Assembly (NCBI GenBank): GCA_951406725.2
Contig: OX597816.1
Location: forward strand, 116,126,001 to 116,190,000
Direction: 5' to 3'
DNA: 64,000 bases
Origin: Octopus vulgaris
Lineage: Eukaryota
A program made the translations under genes and the position numbers. The notes beneath the pieces are model-generated. The model was given only the letters and a program-made list of their open reading frames with translations, was not told the DNA's origin and made no database searches. Positions 1 through 14,970 of the stretch are shown here, piece by piece. Position 1 is the first letter of the stretch. Each line of letters starts with the position of its first letter.

Positions 1-225
1 GCCGAATAAAAAGAAGCCGTGAGGCGTTAAGTCAGGTGATCTGAGTGGCCAGAGGCTTTTCGTGATCAACCTGTGTTCAAAAGTTTGTCGTAAGTGAAAC
101 AAAGTGTGGTTGCTAACATGACATGTTGTTGAGTACTGTTGAAACCATGAGTTGCTTTTTTCATTCTCAGTTAGCTGCTCAACAAACTAATCAATTATCT
201 CACCAGAATGTTCTGAATTGAAGGT
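1..225 (-). mobile_element. Tc1/mariner-superfamily transposase fragment (DDD/E catalytic region), degenerate, runs off the window start
   Basis: Minus-strand translation TFNSEHSGEIID*FVEQLTENEKSNSWFQQYSTTCH...LWPLRSPDLTPHGFFLFG matches the WFQQDGAxxH...WPPRSPDLTPLDFFLWG signature. It has an in-frame stop and mutated catalytic Asp positions. Confidence 0.75.
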
Positions 226-230
226 TACGA

Positions 231-895
231 AAAAATCGAGGATGAAAGGCAAAGACGATCTCGGCGGAATTTGAACTCGGAAAGTAACGGCAGACGAAAT
301 ACGGCTACGCATTTCACCCGGCGTGCTAATGAATCAGTAAGCTCGCCGTCTTAATAATAATAATCCTTTCTACTACAAGCAAAAGAGCTGAAATTTTGGG
401 AGAGGGGACAAGTCGATTGCATCGACCCCAGTGTTTCACTGGAACTTAATTTATCGAACCCGAGAGGATGAAGGGCAAAGTCGATCTCGGCGGAATTTGA
501 ACTCTAAGCACAAGGCCTTGAAAATTTTGGGAGGACGAAGGATAGTCGATTACATCGACCTCAATGCAAAACGAGCACTTATTTCATCGATTCCGAAAGG
601 ATGAAAGGCAAAGTTGACCTCGGCGGAATTGAACTCAGAACGTATTGGCAGACGAAATACTTGTTTCTTTACTAACCACAAGGGGCTAAACACAGAGAGG
701 ACAAACAAGGACAGACAAACGGATTAAGTCGATTATATCGACCCCAGTGCGTAACTGGTACTTAATTTATCGACTCCAAAATGATGAAAGGCAAAGTCGA
801 CCTCGGCGGAATTTGAACTCAGAACGTAACAGCAGACGAAATACGGCTACGCATTTCGCCCGGCGTGCTAACAATTCTGCCAGCTCACCGCTTTA
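231..895 (-). mobile_element. Head-to-tail cluster of tRNA-derived SINE family A copies/modules
   Basis: Repeated modules GAAAGGCAAAGTCGACCTCGGCGGAATTTGAACTC (reverse of the B-box GAGTTCAAATTCC plus central domain). Heads ...CAGCTCGCCG.CTT at about 340-351 and 881-893. Same sequence as the plus-strand copies at 60207 and 61536. Confidence 0.85.
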
Positions 896-1207
896 TATAA
901 TAATGATGATAATAATAACAATAAAATCTTTTTAATAACAATAATATGAACAATTACATCCACAACAGGAATACAAGTAGCGCGAAGTAAAACTTAAAAG
1001 AAAATTTCAATGTTTGCTACAGCATTATTGATCAGTATTAATTTGTATACAATATGGAAATATGCACTTCCAAATACATATAAACAAATAAGATTAGCAG
1101 CAACAAAATCAATGATAAACAATAGCTGTAAAACCAGTGCAATACAAATCCAAATAGATGCAAATATGCAACCTACTGCATCAACAAACACAACAATCGC
1201 AAACAAA

Positions 1208-1223
1208 AATGATGATGATGATG

Positions 1224-1278
<55 letters not shown>

Positions 1279-1880
1279 TGATAATAATAATGATGATGAT
1301 GATGATGATTATCATCATCATCATCATCATCATCGCCGTCATTGTCGTCACCGTCGTTGTCATCGTCAAAGTCGTTGTCTTCATCTTCACCGTCGACGTT
1401 GTCATCATTATAATCATCATCATTGTCGTTGTCGTCATCATCGACGTTGTCATCATCATTTTCATTATCATCCTCATCGCCGTCATGACCACCACCACCA
1501 CCACCACCACATCATCATCATCATCATCGTCCTCGACTAAACCAAAAATAAAAAACAGTAAAAAAAACATTATAAAACAACACATTCATCATTACCGTTG
1601 CTTCCACCACCGCCATCACCACTATAATCATCATCATCAGCAGCAGCAGCAGCAGCAATATCAGCAACAATGCTACAATTATTAACAACCCAATCATCAT
1701 CATCATCATCATTAGCACCGTCATCACCTTCACCATCATGTTATCACGATCGACGCCATCACAATCATCATCTTCATCACTATTGCAATCATCGTAAATA
1801 CCATTATCAGCATCAACACCACCTCCACCACCACTACTAGCATAACCATCTTCATGAACAACAACAACAACAACAACAAC
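1208..1880. repeat. Compound trinucleotide microsatellite/low-complexity tract (GAT, AAT, CAT, CAC, CAG, CAA)
   Basis: Directly visible. It accounts for the poly-N/H/I/Q ORFs. Confidence 0.95.
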
Positions 1881-2327
1881 AATACAAACAAAGCAATTAA
1901 ATGCCAGTTTGCCTTCCAGAAGAAAAACTATTGAAAACATGTCTGCCAGCTATTCTTTCAGTTATCATTTGCTCGAAGCTGAACTATCTTTCATTTTTAT
2001 ATGATTTTTATATTTTGGATGTTATTCTTTTATTTATTTCATGTTTTCATTTTGTTGTTGGTAAACATTTAGCTTTAATTTTTAAATCTATTGTTTCTAT
2101 ATTTCTTTATTGATTAAATTATTGTATCTTTCTTTTGTTTTGTTGGGTGTTTTTTTTTGTGGGAGTGAGCAAGCGTGGCGACTATTGCAGTGTGGGTCTT
2201 ATTTATCCCAATTTTACGAAATGATAACCCGCACCGCGCTCCTTATCCTCCAACACAATCACAAAGCAATGAAAAATTGATATACATACGCCAACACAAG
2301 CACACACACGCACATGTATATTGTTGC

Positions 2328-2358
<31 letters not shown>

Positions 2359-2409
2359 TATACTATATTATATACAGATACATACATATGTATATACTTG
2401 TGTGTATAT

Positions 2410-2625
<216 letters not shown>

Positions 2626-3159
2626 AGTTCGTTATTATTGTAACAAACTGGCTTCTTTTTCCCAATGTCAGTCTTCTCTTTTTCTCTCCCCTCCTCTCCA
2701 TTACTTATGCAAATATCGATTACAATATTGGTTATTTTTATGACCATTACCATACTCTTATCATATTCTTTGTTGATTATATCGTTCTTGTCATCATCAT
2801 AACCTTTATCATCTAATTCTGGCTAATTTACACATTCGGTTGAAGTGCAAGCACTTTACAGCTGAAACAAACCATCTATTGTCATTCCGCATAAATTGCT
2901 CAACCAGTCCTATGTGGGACAGTACACTAAATCCACCTATCACTTTTTACACAACTACCTAGCCCTTGGTTGCCTGCAGTGAAGTCCACTCTTGTATTAA
3001 TTCCGAACAGGTGTCAAATCATAACCCGATGTTCAAATATGATTAATAAGAACCTGTTTCATTTCTCCCTTCACCAATCTCAGAAACCCAAGTAAAAGAT
3101 CATAGCTAGGCTATCATGTTTTTTTTTTTGCTTTTGTTTTTGTATTTTATGGCTAGGCT

Positions 3160-3420
3160 TATAGTAAAGATCTTATTCAGTCACGAATGATCATGAGATT
3201 GCACCTACAAAGTTACCCTCCGAGATACAAGTCCGGGCAAGTTTGTTTATGGAGGACCAGCACTCGCCCATGCATACCAGTCTCTCCTCTCCATGCCACA
3301 GACATTATCCAAGGGAAAGGCAAAGGCCAATACAACTTGGCACCTGTGACATTGCAGCTCATTTCTACAGCTGAGGGAACTAGAACAACATGAAATAAAG
3401 TGTCTTGCTCAAGAACATAT
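3160..3420 (-). mobile_element. SINE family C copy (5'-truncated)
   Basis: Reverse complement of the body of 27078-27405 (e.g. ATCCAAGGGAAAGG, ATTTCTACAGCTGAG, AAATAAAGTGTCTTGCTCAAGAAC). Confidence 0.75.
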
Positions 3421-3527
3421 AAGGTAAAATGGGTTGCTGTATGGAATAACGGTCTATTTCTGGTAGCATTTCTATTGAAACTGACACCTAACAGACAGGT
3501 GAACAGAAAGGAATAGAAATGGTCTCA

Positions 3528-3888
3528 AATTTTGGCACAAGGCCAGCTATTTTGGGGGTGGAGCTAAGTCGATTACTTCCCATTCAGTACTCAACTTGTA
3601 CTTATTTTATCGATCCCGAAAGGATGAAAGACAAATTCGACCTCAACGGAATTTGAACTCAGAACATAAAGACGGATAAAATACCTATTTCTTTACTACC
3701 CACAAGGGACTAAACACAGAGAGGACAGACAAGGACAGGCAAACGGATTAAGTCGATTATATCGACCCCAGTGCGTAACTGGTACTTATTTAATCGATCC
3801 CAAACGGATGAAAGCCAATTTCAACCTCAGCGGAATTTGAACTCAGAACATAAAGACGGATAAAATACCGCTAAGCATTTTGCCCGGT
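3528..3888 (-). mobile_element. SINE family A, dimeric copy
   Basis: Two B-box/core modules separated by the GGACAGACAAGGACAGGCAAACGGATTAAGTCGATTATATCGACCCCAGTG linker, as at 61536-61935. Confidence 0.85.
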
Positions 3889-3984
3889 GATGGTGGTGGT
3901 AGTGGTGGTAGTGGTGGTGGTCGTGTGGGCTGTTGGTGGTGCTGGTGCTAGTGTTGGTAGTAGTGGGAATGAGGTTTAGTGTTG

Positions 3985-4021
<37 letters not shown>

Positions 4022-4564
4022 AACAATAGCAATAACAACAGCAACAAATACAATAATTATTGCTAGAACGTGATTTATAATAGCATAAGCAAAACAAAAA
4101 AAAACAAATAATATTTCAAAACTATGGAATATTAGTTGTTAGATGTATTCTTTTCCAAATTAAATTTTTAAAACTGATTTCCTAGGTTGTAGAGTTAAAC
4201 ATATGTTAATATATGTAAATTGCAAAATGATGGAGCAGCAAAAAACAGTAAATTACTGGATTATATGCCCTACAGTAATTAAGTTATGTTTAACAGCAAT
4301 AATTTCAAAAATGGCTATACAACATCACATATCACAGTAACATCTTAAATACACTCACAAGTCAACAGTAAGCAAATACTCTTTCACTAAATCACTCATC
4401 AGAAAAAGAAATACTAAGCAAAAATAAATAAGATACATTAGACAAAATTAGACATCAGTAAAACAAAAATAAGGAAATAAAAATTCGTAAAAGCAACAGA
4501 CCTTGACGTTATCGCGAATCTATTTACACATATAATCGTAGGCGAGAGAATTTACCGAAATCTC

Positions 4565-4950
4565 CAGGCGTGACTGTGTGGTAAGAAGCTTGCTTCCCAA
4601 CCACATAGTTCCGGGTTCAGTCCCACTGCGTGACAACTTGAGCAAGTGTCTTCTACTATAGTCTCGGACCGACCAAAGCCTTGTGAGTGGATTTGATTGG
4701 TGGAAAATGAAAGAAGCTCGTCGTATATATATGCCTTTGTGTTTGTGTTTGTCCTCACCATTGCTTTACAACCAATGTTGATGTGTTTACCTCCCCGTAA
4801 CTTAACGGTTCGGCAAAAGAGACCAATACAATAAGTACTAGTCTTACAAAGAATAAGTCCTGGCGTCGATTTCTTCGACTAAAAACTTTTTCAGGTGGTG
4901 CTCCAGCATCGTTTTAGTCAGATGACTGAAACAAGTAAAAGAACAAGAGA
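4565..4950 (+). mobile_element. tRNA-derived SINE family B
   Basis: Head TGTGTGGTAAGAAGCTTGCTTCCCAACCAC..GGTTCAGTCCCACTG (A/B-box-like), body, and tail GCTCCAGCAT...GACTGAAACAAGTAAAAGA. Closely matches 36490-36890. Confidence 0.85.
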
Positions 4951-5454
4951 TTAAAAGAATAGTCTTATTCTGGAAAATTCCCAAAATTTTGGGAGCTATG
5001 CAAAATTATACCAATTTTTAAAACAAACTATCATCATACAGATCCACTAACCATTTTTGCGTGCCTTATTCTACTTAAAAGGCTTGCCCTTAGTTTTGTT
5101 GGCCCTTAATTTTGTCTACCCAAACAGACAGGTTTCCAAAGTAACCATTACATCCAAATGCCGCTCGAATGGCAAATTCACACAAACCTTTATGGCAGTT
5201 TCATTCCAAAATTCACCATTGGTGCTGTCTCTTTCTTGGAATTAGTTGCTTTGTAGGAGTCAAGAAAAGAACGCTTAGATAGTGACCACACCAGCCATTT
5301 GACTACCACTCTGTTGACTTTCTAAAAAAGAAAGAATCAATGATTATGAGGATGATATGGCAATCTAACGTCTTCCTTTGAAACTGACCATTTTCCATTA
5401 TATTTCAGACAGATTCAGCGCTTAGTTACTGAAGCGGAAATATCGTTATAGCAT

Positions 5455-5600
5455 TGATTTGCTTGTCAGTTGCTTGACCTTAACAACGTGAGCATGTCCC
5501 TTAGTGGCTGACAATATGTGCACCTCTGATCATGAGCAGTTGTAGTGGGGGAGCATCATAGCTATGTATTGAGAGGAATTCTTTGGAGTTTGAATAAATG
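5455..5600 (+). repeat. Interspersed repeat family D fragment
   Basis: TTGCTTGTCAGTTGCTTGACCT...CCTTAGTGGCTGA...GAGCATCATAGC is shared with 18160-18280. Confidence 0.7.
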
Positions 5601-7677
5601 TAACAAAAGCAAAGTTTGATGGAAATATTAGCCATTTTTCATACTTTCTAGGGGTATGCAAATAGGAAATAACAGCTGCTACCCAAAGACAAAAATCGTG
5701 CTACACAGTGTTTTTGTTGTGGAGATCGGGGTAGACAAAAGGAAAATGTGAATATCCTATCGTGAGAAATCGCATGATCGTACACTATAATCTAATAAAC
5801 TGATCAACGTGTAATATTCATATTTCATTAATTTCTGCAGAGATTCGAAGCTAAACTACTGCGTGGTATTTTGACGTTTCAACCATCTAGCTATTAGTTA
5901 ATTTGAGATAAATAAATTAATAATAAATGCTAAATAAATAAATGAATAAATAAATAAATAAAAGCGTAGTACAATCAAAGAAAGAAGAAATCAGTAAAGT
6001 GTAATAAAAGAAATAGTGGAAAAAATAAATGAAAGGAAAGAGATTGAAAGACATGGACAAAAAAAATGAAAGAGAATTTTTAGAGATGTAAAAAAAATCG
6101 GAGGCGAAAATAGGGAATTAAAGTGAAAATGTGAAGGAAGAATAAAAAGTAAAATTTCTGGGATATCTCTGGAGTTTAGATGAAATGAAATATATTAAAA
6201 AAAAAATGATGACAGATTTCAGATCATAGTTAATATTTTCTAATATTTGTCATTTGTCATACAACGTTTACTCTGGGGGTTACATTCGGCCTCATGCTAA
6301 CAAATTTCAAACCTTAATATTGGATACTAAATATTAGTGTGTACTGGATTCCTGCGCATTAATTCAACTGTGTGTCTGTTTGTCCGTATTTCTGCCATTT
6401 AAAACGCCATGGTTTCACGTTCCATCATTGCAAATATTTGCTATATGTCAATGTTAGTTACATGCCACGCGATATTCGTTTCTGCTCTCCGCTCTGAGTT
6501 CAAATCCAACCTTAGTCAGCTCTACTTTTTATCCTTAAGTGGGGAAGAGTCCTTAAAGTCCAAAAGTGGAGGAGCGTAATACTTATCTTTTCTGTTTCAC
6601 TCTTTCTCTCTAGAAGACCCGAAAGGGAATGGAATCTACAAGTTATAAATGCCCGAGGCACACTGTATGCCAGACGGTGCCTTGAGCAACAGGCATTCAA
6701 GACGGAACAGAATGTTTCTTCCTACAAAGATACTTATCAATTGATTCGTGCACTAAGAGGTAAAAAAACACGGGAAGACTTAGCCTATTCACAGTTGGAA
6801 CAATGTAGCTATCGTCGACGGAATTTGCTAAGTTATGCTGGAGAACTGTGTTCATAACCTTCGATAGATTTCTGAAATAGTGATAGAAATCAGAAATTAA
6901 GCAATGATCTATAGATCATTAGTGAGGATGCTTTCTTGTTTTCATTTTACTTTCCTTTCTCATTGGGGTTTTTTTTTTCAAGCAATATAAAGATATTTAT
7001 TATTACTTGTTTGATTAGGACAAATTACCTATATACTATGAATGTCAGAGCCGAAACCGATTGTGTATTATACTCTCAACGTAGAAGTACAGGATTCGTG
7101 TTTTGTCACCCGCACTGAGCTGTGTTAGTGACTACCTATCAAACATACTGAACTCTCGAAGCCGGAATCCATCTAAGTTTTAAGTACATACAACATACTA
7201 GTAACTAATGTCATTGTCCTTTAGTTCCAGATCAAACGTAATTTTGATTAAAAACACAGCACCAGTAACGACACCGTCCATTCAGGATATGCAAGAATAC
7301 ATAGTACATTGTGTATTTTTCCGATCTAAAGAAAAAAGGAAGCTTAGCTACTGTTTCTAACCGGTCGGGTAACCAATAAGATGATTCCTCGCTGGTGCGA
7401 CGACATAATTGTATACTTCGTCATTGTAAGTATCAGAAACATACTTAAACTGATGCTTTAATTTAATTTTCTCCACTGCAAAAGTTTCATGTTATAGATT
7501 AGCATAATTCCAGTGAAAGTTTTGTTCATGTCTGGTAATCAAAAACACGTAATAAATTCACGGATCGTAGAGTCCCACGAAATACAGACTTTTGTACTAT
7601 TTTGGTAAACAATTTTTCTACCATTTTGATAATTGTCAGAGAGTTTCATGTATTTTTAATATTTTATACAAGAACTT

Positions 7678-8303
7678 GTCTGAGATAGTGAAACCTAATT
7701 TTCACTTGACAACCAAGCTACAATGTTGTCACTCAAACGAAAATATATATGCTTAAAACGTTTAAAACTCCACAATTAATTTATCAATGACTGTGAATCA
7801 TAAAAAAATAAAGAACTGACCATTTTATATGTATTGAGAAAATTAATTTAACGGAGCCAACCAACCTCACCAAGCTGTACCTAGGAGATAAATTAAATTC
7901 ATCTTTCTATACAAATGAAGCTCTCACATATAGATGAACTATACTAAACTCTATTTTCATAGAAAATATTAATTTTGGGACAATAATGTAGGTTCTGCTG
8001 ATTTCAAACTAAAGTGAAATAATAATGTTTATTTCTTAATCAAGTAAAACTCGTTCGACAAACAATCTGAAAATTGTCGAATTTTATATTAAATCAAGTG
8101 CATACTGATTTAGGAATCGATTTTTATAATTGTTTGAACTTCTCGATACATATAAAGTGTTTAGAATTTTCTTCTGATTCACAGTTATTGTCAAATTAAT
8201 TGTGGAGTTTTAATCGTTTTACTCATATATATATATATATTCGTCTTAGTGGTAGCATTGTGGCTCGGTTGTCCAGTAAAAATCAGGTTTTAATATCTCA
8301 GAC
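7678..8303. repeat. Inverted repeat, ~125-bp arms (7678-7800 / 8175-8303), ~375-bp spacer
   Basis: AAAACTCCACAATTAATTT..AATGACTGTGAATCA pairs with TGATTCACAGTTATT..AAATTAATTGTGGAGTTTT. TCTGAGATA...AAACCT pairs with AGGTTT...TATCTCAGA. Confidence 0.8.
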
Positions 8304-9399
8304 GAATAACTGGATTTATTTATACTATTCTCGTTTAGTTTAATTATCAAATAACGTTGTGAGTGTACTCTAACTAATTAACATCAAAGGTTCAACACCC
8401 GAGCTGAGGAACGCATTGCAGCAAAGAGCCAAAAGTTAAATTCATCAAAGTCTGACAGAAAAGAAGTATTCAGTAGGTATTTCAAGTAGATGAATCTTGT
8501 CAAATTTGTTGGCTGGTGTTGCTGAAAGATTGGACAATATTCACTCAAGGCAAGTTGTACTGAAAATGACAATTGCAAAGTACATACAAATTGTGTTCAT
8601 TTGCCTTTACTGGTAAGGAAGGATAGACTGTGTCGTGAGCGTTCGGAGCTGTATGAGATCTTCACAACCTTACGTACATCTTCATATTTATTAATCAAAC
8701 GTACCAGTAGCCATTGATGAAAATTTTAAAGATATCCGAAACGTTCGCTCTATCTCTGATTGTTTTCTGAGAAAATTGATACATACATTATCGTAACATC
8801 CAAACAAACACTGATTCTAAACTTCCACTAAATTCAAGAAGTCAATTGAAATACTATAGTTTAAAAGAGTGCAAAAGTTAATGATATTATTCATGGTGTT
8901 GACTGTAAGGTTATACGCACTTGAAAGAAGTCGAAAAATAATATATAAAAAGTAAATAAAAATAGATGGAACAGTTTGATAGCCTATTATTTAGTGACCA
9001 ACTCATAAAGAATGTAAAGGGAATAATACACCAAAAAATATCTATAAATCCATTTAAAGACGAGTGGGGAATCCTGAAAGTGTTAAGGTTGAGATATAAT
9101 GTAAATCTATCCGCTGAGTTGACAATCAGATACAATAATGTTGTGACAGATCAGTCAGTCAACTAAGGAAGGTGACTGAATCTTTCGGTGTCATGTAACA
9201 ACTAGACACAACTCTGAATACTTGCAGCTAATCTGAACAGCTTATAATCACCATATCTTCATTGATATGGATTTGCACCACTGAACGTGTCCTCTTTTTC
9301 TCACAGATTCACAGATAATCACTTAGTAATTTCTTACACATTTTCATGTGCGGCTTTATTGTTTGTTTTTTTACTAGTTTCATGTATATGTACACACGA

Positions 9400-9432
<33 letters not shown>

Positions 9433-9759
9433 GAGAGTGTATGCTTGTATTTAAATATAGGTGTGCCTGTTGTATGAGTGCTAAGTGAAAGCTTACAGAG
9501 AATAATAAGCATTCTGGATGTTGGTGAATTGGGAGGAGAAAATTATAAGGAAGGGCGCTGATCAAAGGTCATGGATAAAGAGAAGATTGTAGACATGCTT
9601 GAGAAGATAGAACAATGAAAATAGAACTCGGTGTCTACTAAGAAGACAGCAGGCAACAAGGCTTCACTTTTGGCTTAAGTGATAACGGACAATCTTACAA
9701 TGGCTATTCAGCTTGCATCTTAGAAGTGACAGGTCAACAATAATACTGCGAGGACTATT

Positions 9760-10055
9760 GTGTATGCATGTATGAATGTATGTATGTGTGTGTGTATGTA
9801 CGGACGTATGTATGTGTGTACATATGCATATATGTAGGCTTGTGTGTGTGCGTACGCGTGTGTCTATGTGCAAGTCGATATATATGCATGTATGGATGTA
9901 GGTATATTTATACGTCTGCATGTATTTATGTATGTATGTATGTATGTATGTATGTATGTATGTATGTATGTATGCATGCATGTATGTATGTATGTATGTA
10001 TGTATGTATGTATGTATGTATGTATGTATGTATGTATGTATGTATGTATGTATGT
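9760..10055. repeat. (TATG)n microsatellite with degenerate flank
   Basis: Directly visible. Confidence 0.95.
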
Positions 10056-10339
10056 TTTATGTGGGGATTTGTTTAATTACTTCTTGGCTGAATCGAAGTT
10101 GGGCATTAATAGTGTGATAAAGCACCTTTGTATGAGTGAATGTAATTCCTCGCATTTGTTGATAAATCAACGAGGTAATGTTTGCTAGTATTTGTGGTTG
10201 AATGTATGATTGTATATAAGTATGGTTGAATATATTTGTACTCTATGTCGTCTGTCTTTACGTCCTGGGTTCAAATTCCGCTGAAGTCAACTTTGCCTTT
10301 CATCATTTCAGGGTCGATAAAATATTCCTTTTCCTCCCC

Positions 10340-10554
10340 TTTCTTACATGTTTCAGCCATTTGACTGCGGCCATACTGAAGCAACACCTTAAAGGGATGT
10401 TAGTCGAAGAAATCGACCCCAGAACTTGTTCTAAGTCTAGTACTTATTCTATGGGTTACTTTTGCCGAACCGCTAGCTTATGGGTACACCAGCATAGGTT
10501 GTCAAGCGATGGCGGAGGACAAATACAAATACACACACACACAAATATATATAT

Positions 10555-10611
<57 letters not shown>

Positions 10612-10770
10612 CTGATTTCTTTCAGTTTCTGTCTACCAAATCCTCTCACAAGGCTTTGGTCGACTCGAGACAATAGCAGAAGGCACTTGCCGAAGGTACA
10701 ACACAGTGTTACTGAACCCGGAACCATGTGCTTGGAAAGCAAGTTTCTTACCACACACCCATTCCTGCGC
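10340..10770 (-). mobile_element. SINE family B copy with internal (TA)n expansion
   Basis: Reverse complement of the family B tail (CATTTGACTGCGGCCATACTGAAGCA) and head (ACTGAACCCGGAACCATGTG...AAGCAAGTTTCTTACCACAC). Confidence 0.85.
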
Positions 10771-12426
10771 CTATTAAATTATATAACACTTCAAATAATA
10801 AATCCTTGGTGCGTTACTAGTGTTTTGTTTCATTGTTACTACACAATATATCTAGACATTTTAGTCAAAATATGTAAATAAACTTTGTCTTTATCTTAAA
10901 AATAAAGTGTTTACATCTGTTTCTTGTGGATTAAAATTTATAAAAACATTCCGAGATATCGGTGTACTTTAGCTCTGTACTGTTTCTATGAGTAATGCCA
11001 TATATTCATTAGTCAGTGCTCGAATGAGGCCAATATATGAAACTAACTTGAACATTTGACAACATACCACATGAAGATAAATTCTTTAGTATTACAAATG
11101 GCAGTGGTTAAGCTGAATCTGTACAACAATGAACAAAGTACTTTGCGGTATTTTGTTACGTCTCTTTACCTTATAAGAACATTGTCTTTCATCTTCCCGG
11201 ATTCAATAAAATAAAATAATCACTCAAGCACTGATGTTGATTTGACTGACTATAATCCCCCCCCCAGCTCTAGTAGAAATGTTTAACTTTGTAAAACATA
11301 TATTTCATTTTCCTATGATCAAAAGGTCGTCATCGTATTTTGAGTTTGCATTTGGAGCCTTAATTATTTGACACTTTTGCATTCTCACAACATGGAAGCA
11401 AAATTGCAAATAGATTGATGAGGGATGAACAGCAACGCTAAAGAAACATTACACAAGTTTTCGGTGAAACTGTAACAACCAAATGTATATAGGGCGCATT
11501 TAGTTTGTAGTCAGAGCATTTCTGATTTCACAATAATATTAGAAGAATACTAAGATACAAAAAATGAATGTATATTCTTCTACTATTAATCTCTTAATGA
11601 TTAAATTGAAACTTATTGTCTCTACTCAGGTATTGATAAGGTAACAATTAGATTATTTATTATGTCCACAAAATATCTTATGATTATAGTTATACAAAAG
11701 CCCGTCTCTGGCCGGTGGGCTGTGCACCAGCAGACGTTTCTACTGAGGCACGTTATAGACTCATAGACTAAACAGAAAAAGTGTGATGAGGAATTTTAAC
11801 CGCCATACGAAGAGACAAAGAACAGGCAACTCAATATTAGTAAAAAGTAACAGAACATTTAATTTATTTTACTAATATGACAACGAGTCTTTAAAAATGA
11901 AAGCTTAAAGTGTGATAAACTTTATTGAAATTATAAAATAAAGGAATACAATTTGTTGTTTAATAGCGAATTCCGTTTTGTCTGCTTTCAGAATAAAAAG
12001 TAATACAATTAGAAAATGGATAAAAATAAAAAGTGTAATAATAAAAATTAAGTAGATAGACATTATCCTATCACAAAAGACAAATTTCGAAATCTTAAAA
12101 TCTATTCTGAAAATTCAAATTTTCACAAATGCTTCCGTGAAAAATTCCTAAAATATCACTTTTGGCACTAAAGTTTAATGCGCTTGTTTTGCTAATTTTT
12201 TTAGCTTGATTTTGTACGTATGTGTGCAATTCTATGTTAGTGTGTGTGTGTGTGTGTGTCTGTGTATATATGTATGCGTGTGTGTGTGTATGTATAAATG
12301 TATTACCTTTTTATGTGCTTGTCTGTTTGTGAATATGTGCATGTGAGGTGTGAATGCTATTTGCTTGTATGCATGTATGCCTTCCTCATTAGTATGTATG
12401 CGTGTGACTGTGAGTATGTGTCTGTG

Positions 12427-12495
<69 letters not shown>

Positions 12496-12965
12496 GTCAA
12501 TGAATTTGTCTACATGTTCTAAAGTAGCAATAGTATAGGCGTCAGCATAATCAACTTCAGCGTTGTAATGACTAAAGTCAACATTACTAGCAACATCATG
12601 AGCATCATCATCATCCCCATCATCATCATCAACATCATACTCATCATTATCGTCATCATCATCACCATTACACCCATCTTCACCATCGCCGTCATCATCA
12701 TCGTTGTCGTCCACGTTGTCACCATGATCGTCGTCGTTCCCACTGTTATTCCAACCACCAATGCCATTGTCATCGTCACCACAAGCACCAAAAACGATGA
12801 AGATGATGATGACAATCATCATCGTCATCATCATCAACATATTTTGTAATTTTGTTTTTGCGTTCTTGATTTTTAAGAGATATTTTATTCATTCAATTTA
12901 CCTCTTAAGAATTTCCACTGAAAAAAGAAACAATAGAAAATGAGCATAAGAAAAATAAGAAAACC

Positions 12966-12996
<31 letters not shown>

Positions 12997-12997
12997 A

Positions 12998-13030
<33 letters not shown>

Positions 13031-13166
13031 CAGCAGCAGCAGTAGTAGTGAAAAGTAACCTTGAGGAATACTAGCATCTTAAAAATTAGAACAAATGTTT
13101 AAATCTTTGTTTTTTATAGCTGAGCAATTGTAAATGCCATGAACTATAACAATCTGCATTAGTTGA

Positions 13167-13236
<70 letters not shown>

Positions 13237-13410
13237 ATGCGCGTGTATGCATATATATTTATATGTATATATATGTATATGTATATACACAAACACACAT
13301 AAGCCCATATATATATATATATATTTATACATGAATGTTTACATGCGTATATATGTTTACACACACAGACATATACACATACGCATACACACACACTCAT
13401 ATATATATTA

Positions 13411-13540
13411 CTGTGAAAGAGCGTAGACTTGAAACGTTAAAGACTATTTCACTTCCCGAGCGTTACACTAATGCATCTGCTTGGTGTCTACACCACCTGT
13501 CTTCGTCTTTTGTTTTGTTTTTTTATGAATTCTCCCTATA
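13411..13540 (+). mobile_element. Penelope-like terminal-repeat fragment with degenerate hammerhead motif
   Basis: CTGTGAAAGAGCGTAGACTTGAAACGTTAAAGAC...CCACCTGTCTTCGTCTTTTGTTT is homologous to the reverse complement of 39520-39657. Confidence 0.55.
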
Positions 13541-13641
13541 TGTTTATATATATATATATGCAATTATTAATTTAGTATATAAATTGCTTGTTTCCTTGCT
13601 GACTACCTGATAATTATTATTAACGTATCCTTATTTTATGA

Positions 13642-13701
<60 letters not shown>

Positions 13702-13929
13702 ATGTGTGCGTGTGTGTGTGTGTGTGTATACTGGTATGTTGATGCGAATGGGAAAATTAGCACCTTGACTCACTATGCTACTTCTGCTAAGTTAATCTCG
13801 GCAGAATTTGAACCCACAAAGTGCAGACAGAAGAAATGCCGCGAAGCGTTTTGCCCGGCGTGCTAACGATTCTTCCAGCTCATCACCTTACTACTACTAA
13901 ATAGTAATGTGTGTGTGTGTGTGTGTGTA

Positions 13930-13970
<41 letters not shown>

Positions 13971-14970
13971 ACGCGTGTGCGCACATGTGTATGTGCGTTT
14001 GTGTTTAAACGTATGTATGTATACATGCATACACAGGAAAATATAGACATCAGAGTATTCAGGAACGAATGCAGAATAGAAACCCCTTTATATGAGATAT
14101 GGAAGCACATACGTCATTCGTCTCGTACATCTTAATGTTCGTGTATGTCTGTGTGCGGGAGCAGGTGTGTGCATGTATATGATTGAGCGTCCGTGTGTGT
14201 GTGTGTGTTTGTGTGTGTGTGTCTCTGTCTGTCTGTCTGTCTGTCTGTGTATGTATGTGTGTTTGTCTATCTCTATATCTACGACTATAAGTATATACAA
14301 TGTTATACAAATTTTTTAGTATATATTTGTATGCATAACTTTTTTTTATATCTTTTCATTCTTTCATTTATTCATACTTCCTTTCTTTCTTGAAGAAATT
14401 CTACGCTCTTCTCTTCTCTTTCACTTTGTATCCATAGTCTGTGTATATACATATTATATGTATTTGTATATGTATATTACATGTATTTATACGTGTAGCT
14501 ATCTATGTGTCCACCTTTTGTGTGTGCGAATGTATGCATTTATATGTATTTATACATACACGCACGCATGCACATACACACACATATACATACAATTAAA
14601 TAATTTGAACCTATCTTCTCAAAGCATTTGTAATCTAGAACTTTTGCACAAGTCTTGCTTTTTTTTCCGAATTTCCTTTCGTCTTTCATTTAGTCTTTTT
14701 TATTCTGTACTGAATATAATATATTTGTTACATCGTTTATACATTTGTTTAAGCTATTGTATTGATTCCATCACCACGACCACGACTACCACCACCACCA
14801 CCACCACAACAACAACAACAACAATGACAATAAAAATAATGTATTTATTACATTATTTATGGTACTGTATTGTTCACATCACCGCCCCTAACACCATAAT
14901 AATATAATATTAATAACAATAATGTAATATAATATTAACAAATATAATATTAATGACAATAATAGTAATA

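Noticed and set aside
1010-1940. His/Asn/Ile/Gln-rich ORFs of 130-176 aa
   Set aside because: Translations of trinucleotide microsatellites, open in several frames on both strands.
12232-12849. Asp-rich 202-aa ORF
   Set aside because: Degenerate (CAT)n plus (GT)n repeats.
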